Source: an uncultured Cytophagales bacterium
GTDB taxonomy: Bacteria; Bacteroidota; Bacteroidia; Cytophagales; Bernardetiaceae
Reading direction: 5' to 3'
DNA length: 43,566 bases
Assembly (NCBI GenBank): GCA_964537755.1
Contig: CAZIAQ010000002.1
Location: 1-43,566, forward strand
Below, in pieces: positions 9,400 to 19,098 of the stretch. The translations under genes were made by a program, and so were the position numbers. The notes beneath the pieces were generated by a model. That model did no database searches. It worked only from the letters and a program-made list of their open reading frames with translations, and had not been told where the DNA came from. The first letter of the stretch is position 1. Every line of letters begins with the position of its first letter.

Positions 9400-10932
9400 C
9401 TAGGCTTTGTTTTTTTTGAGGGTAAAGAGGTCTTTGCGGCGGTCATTGAGGTTACGGACGCTCCCGATATGGTGTAACTCGCGCAGGAGGTCAATATCCA
9501 GATCGGCAATCAACATCATTTCTGTATTCGGGGTGGCTTCGGCTTTGATGCCATCGGTGGGAAAGGCAAAATCGCAAGGCGTAAAAACAGCGGATTGGGC
9601 GTACTGGATGTCCATGTTGTGTACCTTAGGCAGGTTACCCACACAACCCGCAATGGCGACATAACATTCGTTCTCGATGGCTCGGGCCCGCGCACAGTTC
9701 CTGACTCTGGAGTAGCCGTTTTGGGTATCGGTCAGGAAGGGAACAAAGAGAATATCCATCCCTTCGTCGGCTAACAGGCGGCTAAGCTCCGGAAATTCGG
9801 AATCGTAGCAAATTAAAATGCCAATTTTTCCACAGTCGGTATCAAAAGTTTTAATTTCATCTCCTCCTTGCAATCCCCATACGCGCTCCTCATCGGGCGT
9901 TACGTGTAACTTGACGTATCGCTCCATCGTTCCGTCTCTTCGGCACAAATAACCGACGTTGTAGAGTTGCTCACCCACGATCTCGGGCATACTTCCCGTG
10001 ATGATGTTGATGTTGTAGGCAATGGAAAGTTGGGAAAATCTTTCTACTACGGGCTGGGTATAGGCAGCCAAACAACGGATGGCTTCGGGTTCGCTTAGGT
10101 CGTTGTACTGTGCCATGAGCGGCGCATTAAAAAACTCTGGAAAGAGTGCGAAGTCAGCACGGTATCCCGAGACAGCATCCACAAAGAACTCCGCTTGCTG
10201 CATGAGGTCATCCAGGTTTCGATACAAGCGCATCTGCCACTGCACTAGCCCCAGGCGAACGACGCTTTTATCAATCTGGACAGTCTTTTTGGGCTTCTCG
10301 TAGTAGATGTTATCCCAGGCCATCAAAACGGCATACTCTTGTGAGGCTGCATCATCGGAGAGATAACTTTTCATCAGCTTTATCACATGAAAATCATTGG
10401 ATAGCTGAAAGTTAAGTACCGGATCATGGACTTCTTTTTGCTTGACCCGTTGGAGATATTCTTTGGGGGAAAGCTTCTCTGCGTGCTTGTGATAATTGGG
10501 GATTCGCCCACCAAAGATAATACTTTTGAGGTTCAGCCGCTCACAGAGTTCTTTGCGGTAATCGTACAAACGCCGCCCTATCCGTAAGCCCCGAAACGAA
10601 GGGCGCACAAAAATATCAATCCCGTACAAGGCATCTCCTTTGGGATCATGGGTATCGAAGTTTGTGTTGGTGCCAATGACCTCACGGTAGGTGTGCTGGT
10701 CGTTGAAGCGATCATAACGCACGATCAGGGACAAGGCCGCCCCCGCAATCTGCCCATTGACCTTAACAACTACCTGCCCTTCGGGAAAAATATCGAGCAG
10801 CCGCTCAACCTGGTGTTTTTTCCAATAGGCTTGGGGCATGGTGGGGTAAGATTCGATCATGGCCGCCTTGAAGGGTTCATAGTCATCAAGGGTGAGATAA
10901 GAGAGTTCAATATTGCCAATATCCAAAGACAT
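9400..10932 (-). CDS. Bifunctional GNAT N-acetyltransferase / carbon-nitrogen hydrolase (nitrilase superfamily) fusion protein
   Basis: Start chosen at MSLDIGNIELSYLTLDDY. The N-terminal ~200 aa is a GNAT fold (acetyl-CoA pocket RGLRIGRRLY). The C-terminal half is a CN hydrolase with its catalytic Cys in GILICYDSEFPE and the Glu/Lys regions (FPEFFNAP, KLHV). Confidence 0.75.
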   Translation of the reverse strand: MSLDIGNIELSYLTLDDYEPFKAAMIESYPTMPQAYWKKHQVERLLDIFPEGQVVVKVNGQIAGAALSLIVRYDRFNDQHTYREVIGTNTNFDTHDPKGDALYGIDIFVRPSFRGLRIGRRLYDYRKELCERLNLKSIIFGGRIPNYHKHAEKLSPKEYLQRVKQKEVHDPVLNFQLSNDFHVIKLMKSYLSDDAASQEYAVLMAWDNIYYEKPKKTVQIDKSVVRLGLVQWQMRLYRNLDDLMQQAEFFVDAVSGYRADFALFPEFFNAPLMAQYNDLSEPEAIRCLAAYTQPVVERFSQLSIAYNINIITGSMPEIVGEQLYNVGYLCRRDGTMERYVKLHVTPDEERVWGLQGGDEIKTFDTDCGKIGILICYDSEFPELSRLLADEGMDILFVPFLTDTQNGYSRVRNCARARAIENECYVAIAGCVGNLPKVHNMDIQYAQSAVFTPCDFAFPTDGIKAEATPNTEMMLIADLDIDLLRELHHIGSVRNLNDRRKDLFTLKKNKA

Positions 10933-11013
10933 GCGTAGTGTTTTTTGATGAAAATAAAAAAGCCTTTCCCCGAAAGAGTATCGAAGAAAGGCAATATAAC
11001 AAAAATTAGTCAA

Positions 11014-11877
11014 TTATCCTAAATAAGGTTTCAAGGATTTGCTACGAGAGGTGTGCCGTAACCGCCGGATGGCCTTTTCCTTGATCTGACGGACGCGCTC
11101 ACGGGTAAGATTGAACTTTTCACCGATTTCTTCGAGGGTCATGGGGTGTTCACCATTGAGTCCGAAGTAGAGCGAGATAACATCAGCTTCACGGGGCGTA
11201 AGCGTAGAGAGCGCACGCTGTACCTCTCGGCGCAGGGAGTCGTTCATCAACTCGGAGTCGGGCTTTTCTTCGGTGTTGTTTTCCAGGACATCGAGCAAGG
11301 TATTATCTTCCCCCTGAACAAAGGGCGCATCCACCGATACGTGTCGTCCGGATATTTTGAGGGTATCCACGACCTCATCTGTGCTGACTTCTAGCTCTTC
11401 GGCTAGCTCCTCGGGGGAGGGTTCGCGTTCGTAGCGTTGTTCGAGTTCGGAAAATGTCTTGGATATTTTGTTGAGCGAACCCACGCGATTGAGCGGCAAG
11501 CGCACGATACGAGACTGCTCGGCCAGTGCCTGCAAGATAGACTGACGAATCCACCAGACGGCATAGGAGATGAACTTAAAGCCACGGGTTTCATCGAAGC
11601 GTTGTGCAGCCTTGATGAGACCGAGGTTACCTTCGTTAATCAGGTCACCAAGTGAAAGCCCCTGGTTTTGGTACTGCTTGGCTACGGAGACAACAAATCG
11701 CAGGTTGGCTTTGGTGAGCTTTTCCAATGCAATCTGATCCCCTTGACGAATGCGCTTGGCTAATTCCACCTCCTCGTCAGGGGTGAGCAGATCTACCTTG
11801 CCAATTTCTTGTAAGTATTTATCAAGCGATTGGCTTTCGCGATTGGTAATCTGTTTACTGATTTTGAGTTGTCTCAT
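11014..11877 (-). CDS. rpoD: Primary RNA polymerase sigma factor (sigma-70 family)
   Basis: 287 aa, the compact Bacteroidota SigA form. Region 2 ([35 protein letters not shown]) and region 4 ([28 protein letters not shown]) are present. Confidence 0.9.
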   Translation of the reverse strand: MRQLKISKQITNRESQSLDKYLQEIGKVDLLTPDEEVELAKRIRQGDQIALEKLTKANLRFVVSVAKQYQNQGLSLGDLINEGNLGLIKAAQRFDETRGFKFISYAVWWIRQSILQALAEQSRIVRLPLNRVGSLNKISKTFSELEQRYEREPSPEELAEELEVSTDEVVDTLKISGRHVSVDAPFVQGEDNTLLDVLENNTEEKPDSELMNDSLRREVQRALSTLTPREADVISLYFGLNGEHPMTLEEIGEKFNLTRERVRQIKEKAIRRLRHTSRSKSLKPYLG

Positions 11878-11949
11878 ATGCGCTCAATGGAATTTTTTGG
11901 CTGTAACACTATAGGAACGCAAAAAAAGTGTACAAAGTTACACGTTTTT

Positions 11950-11990
11950 TCAAGAAAATAGCCTTGGCGGGAAATTCCTGCCAAGGCTCT
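11950..11990 (-). terminator. Rho-independent terminator downstream of nqrE
   Basis: A perfect 8-bp inverted repeat GCCTTGGC(11961-11968)/GCCAAGGC(11980-11987) with an 11-nt loop. On the minus-strand transcript it is followed immediately by UAUUUUCUUGAAAAAA, a T-rich tract. It lies 24 nt after the nqrE stop. Confidence 0.5.
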
Positions 11991-12010
11991 CGTTGATAGA
12001 CACAAGAAAC

Positions 12011-12625
12011 TTAGAGCGCAATACCCATAAAAGACATAAATGCTAGCCCCATCAAGCCCGTGATAATCATCGTAATTCCCAATCCGCGAAGCGGAGCAGG
12101 TACATTAGAGTACTTGAGTCGCTCACGGATGGCAGCCAACGCAATGATAGCCAGCCACCAACCAATACCCGAAGAGAAGCCAAAAACAGTTGCTTCCGTG
12201 ACCGTGTACTCGTTTTGTACCATGAACATCGAAGAACCGAGAATGGCACAGTTCACTGCGATCAGCGGCAGAAAGATACCCAAAGAACCGTAAAGCGACG
12301 GCGAAAACCGCTCAATAATCATCTCGACCAACTGTACCGTTGAAGCAATAACGGCGATGAAGGTGATGAATTGAAGGAAATCCAGGCTCAACTCTTTGGC
12401 ACTATCCCCAAGCAGCCATTGCAAGGCTCCTTCTTGCAGGATACGCTCCTGAATCAGCCAGTTGAGTGGTACCGTGATGGTCAAGACGAAAATAACGGCC
12501 AGCCCCAAGCCCATGGCCGTAGAGACCTTCTTAGAGACGGCCAAATATGAACACATCCCCAGAAAATAGGCAAAAACCATATTTTCGATGAAGATAGACT
12601 TAATACCCAGGTTAATCAGTTCCAT
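12011..12625 (-). CDS. nqrE: Na+-translocating NADH:quinone oxidoreductase subunit E
   Basis: 204 aa. [26 protein letters not shown]...[16 protein letters not shown]...[19 protein letters not shown] matches NqrE (RnfA-like) along its full length. Confidence 0.9.
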   Translation of the reverse strand: MELINLGIKSIFIENMVFAYFLGMCSYLAVSKKVSTAMGLGLAVIFVLTITVPLNWLIQERILQEGALQWLLGDSAKELSLDFLQFITFIAVIASTVQLVEMIIERFSPSLYGSLGIFLPLIAVNCAILGSSMFMVQNEYTVTEATVFGFSSGIGWWLAIIALAAIRERLKYSNVPAPLRGLGITMIITGLMGLAFMSFMGIAL

Positions 12626-12654
12626 AGCTCTTTTACTTTAATATTGATGGCAAA

Positions 12655-13341
12655 TTAGTTAGTGGCTTCGGTATATCCGTTGCGTGCGCGTTGTACCCAG
12701 ATGATGATTCCCAGAACAATAAAAGCACCTACGGGGTTGGTCATCAAGCCATTATTGGTGATCTCGAGGCCCATTGCCTCAAAGACTTTAAAGCCAAACA
12801 AGGAACCAGACCCAAAGAGTTCACGGAAGAAAGCAATCGCCAAAATAACCCAGGCATAACCCAGACCACTGCCAATGCCATCCAAGACGGAATCATAAGG
12901 CTTGTTACCCATCGCAAATGCTTCCAGGCGCCCCATGATGATGCAGTTCGTGATAATCAAACTTACATACACCCCAACGACCTTAGAAACATCGTAAAAA
13001 TAGGCTTTCAAGACCTGATCTACCAGGATGACCAGCGTAGCCACAACAGCCAACTGCACAATGATCCTGACCCGCGAAGGAATCAAGTTACGGATCAGAG
13101 ATATAGTCAGGTTGGCAAATACAATAACAAAAATCACGGCTACCGACATAACAAGGGTAGGTTCGAGCTGTGCCGTAACGGCCAGGGCTGAACAAATACC
13201 CAATACCTGTACCGTAACGGGGTTGTCGTCATCAAGCGGATCGGTAACAAACTTTTTTCGGCGTTTGGAGAACAAAGCCTCTGCCGGCTGCTTGGCTACG
13301 GTAGCTTGTTGCTGCTCTAAAGTTTGGGTTTCTGTACTCAT
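12655..13341 (-). CDS. nqrD: Na+-translocating NADH:quinone oxidoreductase subunit D
   Basis: 228 aa. The NqrD/RnfE-like membrane protein reads LGICSALAVT...VLDGIGSGLGYAWVILAIAFFRELFGSGSLFG. A 4-nt overlap with nqrC. Confidence 0.9.
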   Translation of the reverse strand: MSTETQTLEQQQATVAKQPAEALFSKRRKKFVTDPLDDDNPVTVQVLGICSALAVTAQLEPTLVMSVAVIFVIVFANLTISLIRNLIPSRVRIIVQLAVVATLVILVDQVLKAYFYDVSKVVGVYVSLIITNCIIMGRLEAFAMGNKPYDSVLDGIGSGLGYAWVILAIAFFRELFGSGSLFGFKVFEAMGLEITNNGLMTNPVGAFIVLGIIIWVQRARNGYTEATN

Positions 13342-14117
13342 GGCGCAGTTTCGGTTTTGGGTGAGAAAAGGGAAGACATGGCATCGTCAGTGTTGCCTTT
13401 CTTCTCAAAATAGTTGTTGTAATCTTGCAAGTAGAATTTGAGCATGTCATTTACACCCCTGGCCGTAATGGTTGCACCAGACATACCATCTACCTGATAG
13501 TCAGAAATTTTAGAAGGGGCAAGGTTTTCGCCTTTCAGCATCTCTACCCCCACGATTTCACCTTTTTCATTGCGAATTTTCTTGCCCACATAGCGTGCCT
13601 GGATTTCGGGGGCCGTAATGCGGGCCCCAAGTCCAGGAGTTTCGGAAGCATGGTCAAACTTAGCTCCTAATACTTTCTCGTAGGTAGGATCCATGGCCAC
13701 AAAACCCCAAATATCATCCCAGAGCCCTTTTCCATAGACAGGTAAGATGTAAGCTACCACTTGCTCACCTTCTTTGTATTTGAAGATGGGGTAATAGCGT
13801 TCGGCTTTGTTGGATTTCTTGTACTCCTTGCGAATGTTTACCTTTTCGGGTTCGATGGGGTTTCCGTCCTTGTCCTGCTTTACAGCATCTCCGTTGATGT
13901 CCACGACCAGAGATTCAATATGATTGGCGTAGAGTGCCATCACATCGTCCTCTTTGCCGAGTTCTCGCACGGCACCAAGGATTTGCTTCTTCGTGTCTAG
14001 TTCTCGGGCGATGCGTTGCGGCTCACTCAAAGAGATTTTCGCGCCCGCCAAAAGCATAGCCAATACAACGGTCAGAAATGCCGTAAATCCGATGATATAA
14101 GCGTTAGAGTGTTGCAC
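13338..14117 (-). CDS. nqrC: Na+-translocating NADH:quinone oxidoreductase subunit C
   Basis: 259 aa with a single N-terminal TM then a periplasmic FMN-binding domain (SGATITARGV, a covalent-FMN threonine motif). It sits between nqrB and nqrD with overlaps. Confidence 0.85.
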   Translation of the reverse strand: MQHSNAYIIGFTAFLTVVLAMLLAGAKISLSEPQRIARELDTKKQILGAVRELGKEDDVMALYANHIESLVVDINGDAVKQDKDGNPIEPEKVNIRKEYKKSNKAERYYPIFKYKEGEQVVAYILPVYGKGLWDDIWGFVAMDPTYEKVLGAKFDHASETPGLGARITAPEIQARYVGKKIRNEKGEIVGVEMLKGENLAPSKISDYQVDGMSGATITARGVNDMLKFYLQDYNNYFEKKGNTDDAMSSLFSPKTETAP

Positions 14118-15300
14118 GTTTCAGTCTTCGTTTTTTGTTTGCTTCAACTACATAAAAATCAATCAATGGGGCAAAGACGTTCATCAACAGAACGGCCAGC
14201 ATAATACCTTCGGGATAAGCCGGATTGAACACCCGGATCAAGACCGTCAAGAGGCCAATAAAGATTCCATAAATCCATTTGCCGGTTTCGGTGTGTGCCG
14301 CTGATACTGGATCAGTTGCCATAAAGACCGCCCCAAAAGCAAAGCCACCCATAATCAAGTGCCAATGGGCTGGCATACTCATAAAGGCGTTGTAACCCAC
14401 GGCGTTGAATATACCGCCCATGAGCAAAGCACCCAACACACAACCAACAATGATACGCCAGCTAGCCACGCCAGTAGCAATCAAGATAATTGCGCCTACC
14501 AGAGCCATCAACGCAGAGGTCTCTCCGATAGAACCTGGAATAGTACCAATGAGCATATTGAGTGGTGTAAACATCTCTCCGGCAGCACCCCATCCCGCAG
14601 TTGCTTCCAGGAGAGCTGTGCCTACAGGCTGACTGGCATTGGCGGCAATGGCCAAAGCCGTAGCACCGGTGTAACCATCCACTACGGCAGCATCTCCGAG
14701 GTAGGTCCAGACTTCACCCGAAATATCCGATGGATACGCGAAGTACAAGAACGCACGTGCCGTCATGGCTACGTTGAGTACGTTCATGCCCGTTCCTCCA
14801 AAAGCCTCCTTAGCAATCAAGACCGCAAAAATCGTCGCCAATGCTACCTGCCACAAAGGAATCGTAGGCGGCATCACCAATGGAACAAGCATTCCGGTTA
14901 CCAAAAAACCTTCGTTGATTGGGTGCTTGCGTGTGATGGCAAAGACCACCTCTACCAAACCACCAGCCGTGTAAGAGACCAAAACCACCGGCAAAACCAC
15001 CAGCGAACCTATCAAGAGCTGGCTCACCAAATCAGGGGCTGCTCCGGTAGCTAAGTTGTGTTGGTATCCTACGTTCCAGATACCAAAAAGCAAGCAGGGA
15101 ACCATAGCCACGACAACCGTAATCATCATGCGCTTGAGGTCGATGGCATCCCGAATCTGTACCCCACGGGCGGCCGTCGTTGTGGGCGGCGTAAAGGCAA
15201 AGGTCTCTGCCGCTTCAAAGAGATAATAAAACCGCTCTAACTTGCCTCTTTTCTCGAAGAGCGGTTTTTGTTTTTCTAAGATGTTGTGTAAGAAGTGCAT
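14104..15300 (-). CDS. nqrB: Na+-translocating NADH:quinone oxidoreductase subunit B
   Basis: 398 aa polytopic membrane protein with GYTGATALA and VDGMSGAT-like FMN-attachment motifs (NqrB/RnfD family). Confidence 0.9.
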   Translation of the reverse strand: MHFLHNILEKQKPLFEKRGKLERFYYLFEAAETFAFTPPTTTAARGVQIRDAIDLKRMMITVVVAMVPCLLFGIWNVGYQHNLATGAAPDLVSQLLIGSLVVLPVVLVSYTAGGLVEVVFAITRKHPINEGFLVTGMLVPLVMPPTIPLWQVALATIFAVLIAKEAFGGTGMNVLNVAMTARAFLYFAYPSDISGEVWTYLGDAAVVDGYTGATALAIAANASQPVGTALLEATAGWGAAGEMFTPLNMLIGTIPGSIGETSALMALVGAIILIATGVASWRIIVGCVLGALLMGGIFNAVGYNAFMSMPAHWHLIMGGFAFGAVFMATDPVSAAHTETGKWIYGIFIGLLTVLIRVFNPAYPEGIMLAVLLMNVFAPLIDFYVVEANKKRRLKRATL

Positions 15301-15333
15301 AGCAACGATTGGTATTGGTTCAGTTATGTAAAT

Positions 15334-16710
15334 TTATACTTCGGTAGATCGGATCAAATCCAGTCCCTCCCGAATGATCTCCTGGATCGGATGCTTGGAT
15401 ACGTCGATGAACTCACAGAGCGCGAAATCCTCCTCCACGACTTCATAAATACCCAGCGTCTCCATACCGTCATAATCTTCGGCTAGGATGGCTTTAATCA
15501 AGTGTGTGGGTAGAATATCCATCGGCAAAACCTGCTCGAAAGCCCCCGTAACAACAAAGGCGCGTTCTTCGCCGTTGGTGCTGGTATCCAGGGCGTATTC
15601 TTTTTTCTTGCCGTTCAGAAAGGAGAGCAGACCCAATGCTCGGTGAAAACTCACTCGATTGGTTACCGGAGCGAGCCATCCATCGGTCAGGAAGAAACGC
15701 GGCTTATCGCCTTCGGGCAAAACCGATAGTTGATGGTGATAATAGCCGAGGAAACTGTCTTTTTCGATGCGTTCGCCCGTCAAGGGGTTCCCCGAAATGA
15801 CCCGTACATGATCGCTCTTGAGTTGATCTTTGATGAGCGTATCGACACAAGAGCCATGAAAGACCTCGTAGTATTGAGGCGACTTGACCTCTGATCCGGT
15901 CAAAGCAATTTTTTTGCGGGCATCGTACTTGCCTGTCAGGAGGAGCCTTCCAATGAGTGCCAATCCGTAGGGGTTGAGCGTCCAGACGACCTCCCCTTTG
16001 TTGATCGGGCTAATGTGATGGATATGCACACCTACGTTTCCGGCCGGGTGTGGGCCCGACACCTGATGGAGTGTAACGCCTTGTAAGTCCTTGAATACGC
16101 TAGATACCTCTGCTGCCTGATTAACCGTCAGGTGGATGGGCGCACCGGTCATCTTAGCCAGGGCATGAATACCTGCTTGTATGTTTTTTTCTTCTCCCTT
16201 AAACAAAAAGTCGTAATCGGGAGCTAAGGGGTGAGAATCAAAAGCGGAAATGAAAATGGCTTTGGGTTGGCTATCTATCGGAGGAACAACGCCGTAGGGA
16301 CGCTGTAAGATTTGGGGCCAGGCACCACTTTTGGCAATAACTTCTTTGAGCTTTTCGGGAGCTATCTGACTGATTTCGGAGGGGTTGAAGACCTCAAAAG
16401 GAAGGTATTCCATCGCCTGATCGACCAGCACCACAACGGCTAACAATTTTCGCTTTTCGCCGCGCCGGATCTCCACGACCTCCCCACTGACAGGGGAAGT
16501 GTACATGATCTCTGGATGAAGTTTATCGTAGAGGATAGGCGTACCAGCCTTCACGACCTCACCTTCCTTTACCATCAACTTAGGGCGAGACATCCCCAAA
16601 AAATCACTAGGCTTGATCGCCACTCGCGTCAAAGAGGGGGCTTTGCCCAGGGTCATCTCTGCCTTTCCGGCCAGATTTATATCGAAACCTTTCTTTACCT
16701 TAATGTGCAT
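15334..16710 (-). CDS. nqrA: Na+-translocating NADH:quinone oxidoreductase subunit A
   Basis: 458 aa, starting MHIKVKKGFDINLAGKAEM... like NqrA N-termini. It is the first gene of the minus-strand nqr cluster. Confidence 0.9.
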   Translation of the reverse strand: MHIKVKKGFDINLAGKAEMTLGKAPSLTRVAIKPSDFLGMSRPKLMVKEGEVVKAGTPILYDKLHPEIMYTSPVSGEVVEIRRGEKRKLLAVVVLVDQAMEYLPFEVFNPSEISQIAPEKLKEVIAKSGAWPQILQRPYGVVPPIDSQPKAIFISAFDSHPLAPDYDFLFKGEEKNIQAGIHALAKMTGAPIHLTVNQAAEVSSVFKDLQGVTLHQVSGPHPAGNVGVHIHHISPINKGEVVWTLNPYGLALIGRLLLTGKYDARKKIALTGSEVKSPQYYEVFHGSCVDTLIKDQLKSDHVRVISGNPLTGERIEKDSFLGYYHHQLSVLPEGDKPRFFLTDGWLAPVTNRVSFHRALGLLSFLNGKKKEYALDTSTNGEERAFVVTGAFEQVLPMDILPTHLIKAILAEDYDGMETLGIYEVVEEDFALCEFIDVSKHPIQEIIREGLDLIRSTEV

Positions 16711-16741
16711 AGTCTAGTACACGAGTTCTGGTGGTTTGGTG

Positions 16742-16770
16742 CAAATATAATACAAAACGGCTCAAAAACC
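16742..16770 (-). promoter_or_regulatory. Putative promoter for nqrA (-7 TAtaTTTG element)
   Basis: The minus strand reads ...GGTTTTTGAGCCGTTTTGTATTATATTTGCACC... about 30 nt upstream of the nqrA ATG. TATATTTG fits the Bacteroidota -7 consensus TAnnTTTG. The spacing to the upstream TTTG is shorter than canonical. Confidence 0.25.
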
Positions 16771-16852
16771 AGCGTTGTTACGATTTATTTCCGCTGATTT
16801 TCTTGATTGAAAACCCTTTTGTGAGAAAATTTTGTTTGGTCAAATGTATTTT

Positions 16853-17611
16853 TTAAGGGATTCGATCCTCAATATCCTCAGGGTAACGGACGCGCATTAA
16901 AAAAAGCCCCTCGGGCGGTGCTGCCGGCCCCGCTTTTCGGCGGTCTTTTGAGGAAATGATGGCATGTAACGCCTCGGGTGGGTATTTTTCCTTCCCAATC
17001 TCGATCAATGTCCCGACAATCGCCCGTACCATGCCATGCAAAAAGCGGTTAGCGGCAATATGAAAAACCGACGCACCATCCATCCCTTCCTCCCATCGGG
17101 CCCAAAGCAACTGACAACGGTGGTGCTTGACCTGGGCTTTGGCTTTGCTGAATGCCTCAAAATCTTCGTATTGAAGGAGTATCTGGGCGGCCGCTTGCAT
17201 GGCTTCCCTGTTGAGGGGCTGCCAAACGCGATGACTCAAACCCAAAGCAAAGGGGTCTTTTTGCTGGCGCAAATGATAGGCATACTCCCGACGTAGGGCC
17301 GAGTAGCGGGCGTGGTCGTTGGGGGCCACCTCAAAGACAGAGCGTATCAGGATGTCCTTCGGCAAGAGCGCGTTAAGTCGCCGATAAAGATGCGCCGTAT
17401 CCAGGGCCGTCCCCGTCTCGAAGTGGGCAAACTGCTGCATGGCATGTACGCCGGCATCTGTGCGTCCGCTGCCCATCAGTGCCGTAGGCACGCCCAGCAG
17501 CAACTGTAAGCCCTCCTCAATGACCCCTTGCACCGATACGGCAGCAGGCTGCACTTGCCAGCCGTGGTAGTCAGTCCCGCGATAAGCAATTTCAAGAAAG
17601 TAACGTTTCAT
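16853..17611 (-). CDS. truA: tRNA pseudouridine(38-40) synthase
   Basis: 252 aa with MKRYFLEIAYRGTDYHGWQVQP...GSGRTDAGVHA (catalytic Asp) and the conserved RFLHGMVR region. A 4-nt overlap with the upstream murE. Confidence 0.9.
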   Translation of the reverse strand: MKRYFLEIAYRGTDYHGWQVQPAAVSVQGVIEEGLQLLLGVPTALMGSGRTDAGVHAMQQFAHFETGTALDTAHLYRRLNALLPKDILIRSVFEVAPNDHARYSALRREYAYHLRQQKDPFALGLSHRVWQPLNREAMQAAAQILLQYEDFEAFSKAKAQVKHHRCQLLWARWEEGMDGASVFHIAANRFLHGMVRAIVGTLIEIGKEKYPPEALHAIISSKDRRKAGPAAPPEGLFLMRVRYPEDIEDRIP

Positions 17612-19098
17612 GGATGGTGCTTTTCCAGGGCCGCCCTTAGGATCAAGCGATCATCGAAGGGTAGGCGTTGCCCCGCGATCTCTTGGTAGGTTTCATGGCC
17701 TTTGCCGGCTACCAGGATCAAATCCTGGGGCTGGGCTACGGCTACGGCTGCCTCAATCGCCTCTCGCCGATCTGTGATCCGATGCGCCTTGCCATGGCCG
17801 ATGATAGAAAACCCCTCGGCGATCTGATCCAGGATGTCTTCGGGTGCTTCGTTGCGGGGGTTATCGGAGGTCAGGAATATCCGGTCGCTGTACTTTTCAG
17901 CGATTTTTGCCATCAGGGGGCGTTTCTCGCGGTCGCGGTTGCCGCCACAGCCAAAGACCGTCAGGATACGCTGCCCAGGGTGATGACGCAGGACTTGCAA
18001 GGTCTCTAAGACGTTTTGGAGCGCATCCGGGGTGTGGGCGTAATCGACGAAGGCAAATATCCGGGGATGCAGCACCCGCTCGAGCCGTCCGTCCACGCCT
18101 CCCAGCCCGGAGAGCAAAGTCAAGACTTCTACGCCGTCCTGGCCCAGTTGGTCGGCTACGGCATAGGCCGCCGTAAGGTTGTAGGCATTAAAAGCACCCA
18201 CCAGGCGCATCTGGCAAGTCTGTTCCTGGATTTGGAGGTACAAGCCCTCGAGGGTATTCTCCAAAATCCGAAACTGATAATGGCCCAGGAACTTTTGGGC
18301 AAAGGTGAACTTCCTTTGAGCAGAGCAGTTTTGGAGCATGACCAGCCCGCGCTTATCGTCTTTGTTCGTCAAAGCAAACGCTGTGGATGGCAAATCATCA
18401 AAAAATTTCTTCTTGGCAGCGATATACGCCGCAAAGGTCTTGTGGAAATCCAGATGATCGTGGGAGATATTCGTAAAGACACCGCCGGCAAAGACAGCCC
18501 CAGCAATACGCTGTTGTACGATGGCGTGCGAACTGACCTCCATGAAGACGTGCGTACAGCGGGCAGCCACCATGCGTGCCAGCAGGGCGTGTAGGTCGAG
18601 GGCATCGGGTGTGGTATGCGTACTCGGCAGGATGGTATCGTGGATGCAATAGCGGGTCGTGGCGATAAGCCCCGTGTTGTAACCCAACGCACGGAACAGG
18701 TGGTAAAGCAAAGTCGCTACGGTGGTTTTGCCGTTGGTTCCCGTGATCCCGACGAGCTGGAGCTGTCCCGATGGGCGGCCGTGATAGCGATGCGCCACTT
18801 GCCCCATGAACGCCTGTACATCCGAAACGCGCAAGTAAGGCACGCCCCACTCGGGTTTGTAGGGCTGCTCTCCTATCACCAGGGCTGCTCCGGCGGCTTT
18901 TGCCTGGGGGATGTACTGGTGTCCATCTTGTTGCGTACCCGGGAGGGCAAAAAACATTCCCCCCAAAGTAAGCTTTCTCGAGTCGTGGTATAGCCCCGTG
19001 ATGCGCTCGGGCAAAGGCCCGTGTTGCTCAACGACGGCGAGGTCTTCGAGAAGTATATCCGTTGGTTGCATGGCACTTAGGGCGTTGCTCTTTTCCAT
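17608..19098 (-). CDS. murE: UDP-N-acetylmuramoyl-L-alanyl-D-glutamate--2,6-diaminopimelate ligase (Mur ligase; MurE-type DNPR motif)
   Basis: 496 aa with the P-loop GITGTNGKTT, the Mur ligase central domain (FTNISHDHLDFHKT), and the C-terminal DNPR motif (FLTSDNPRNE) diagnostic of meso-DAP-adding MurE. It lies outside any visible dcw context. Confidence 0.75.
   Translation of the reverse strand: MEKSNALSAMQPTDILLEDLAVVEQHGPLPERITGLYHDSRKLTLGGMFFALPGTQQDGHQYIPQAKAAGAALVIGEQPYKPEWGVPYLRVSDVQAFMGQVAHRYHGRPSGQLQLVGITGTNGKTTVATLLYHLFRALGYNTGLIATTRYCIHDTILPSTHTTPDALDLHALLARMVAARCTHVFMEVSSHAIVQQRIAGAVFAGGVFTNISHDHLDFHKTFAAYIAAKKKFFDDLPSTAFALTNKDDKRGLVMLQNCSAQRKFTFAQKFLGHYQFRILENTLEGLYLQIQEQTCQMRLVGAFNAYNLTAAYAVADQLGQDGVEVLTLLSGLGGVDGRLERVLHPRIFAFVDYAHTPDALQNVLETLQVLRHHPGQRILTVFGCGGNRDREKRPLMAKIAEKYSDRIFLTSDNPRNEAPEDILDQIAEGFSIIGHGKAHRITDRREAIEAAVAVAQPQDLILVAGKGHETYQEIAGQRLPFDDRLILRAALEKHHP

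Noticed and set aside
11878-12010. Possibility that nqrF is encoded between nqrE and rpoD
   Set aside because: The gap is only 133 bp with no ORF and contains a terminator hairpin. NqrF would need about 1.2 kb.
12691-13191. Plus-strand ORFs inside nqrD, with similar ones at 14359..15054 in nqrB, 18016..18594 in murE and 19233..19688 in pepA
   Set aside because: All are antisense to strongly supported conserved genes and encode low-complexity peptides. They are frame-shadow artefacts.
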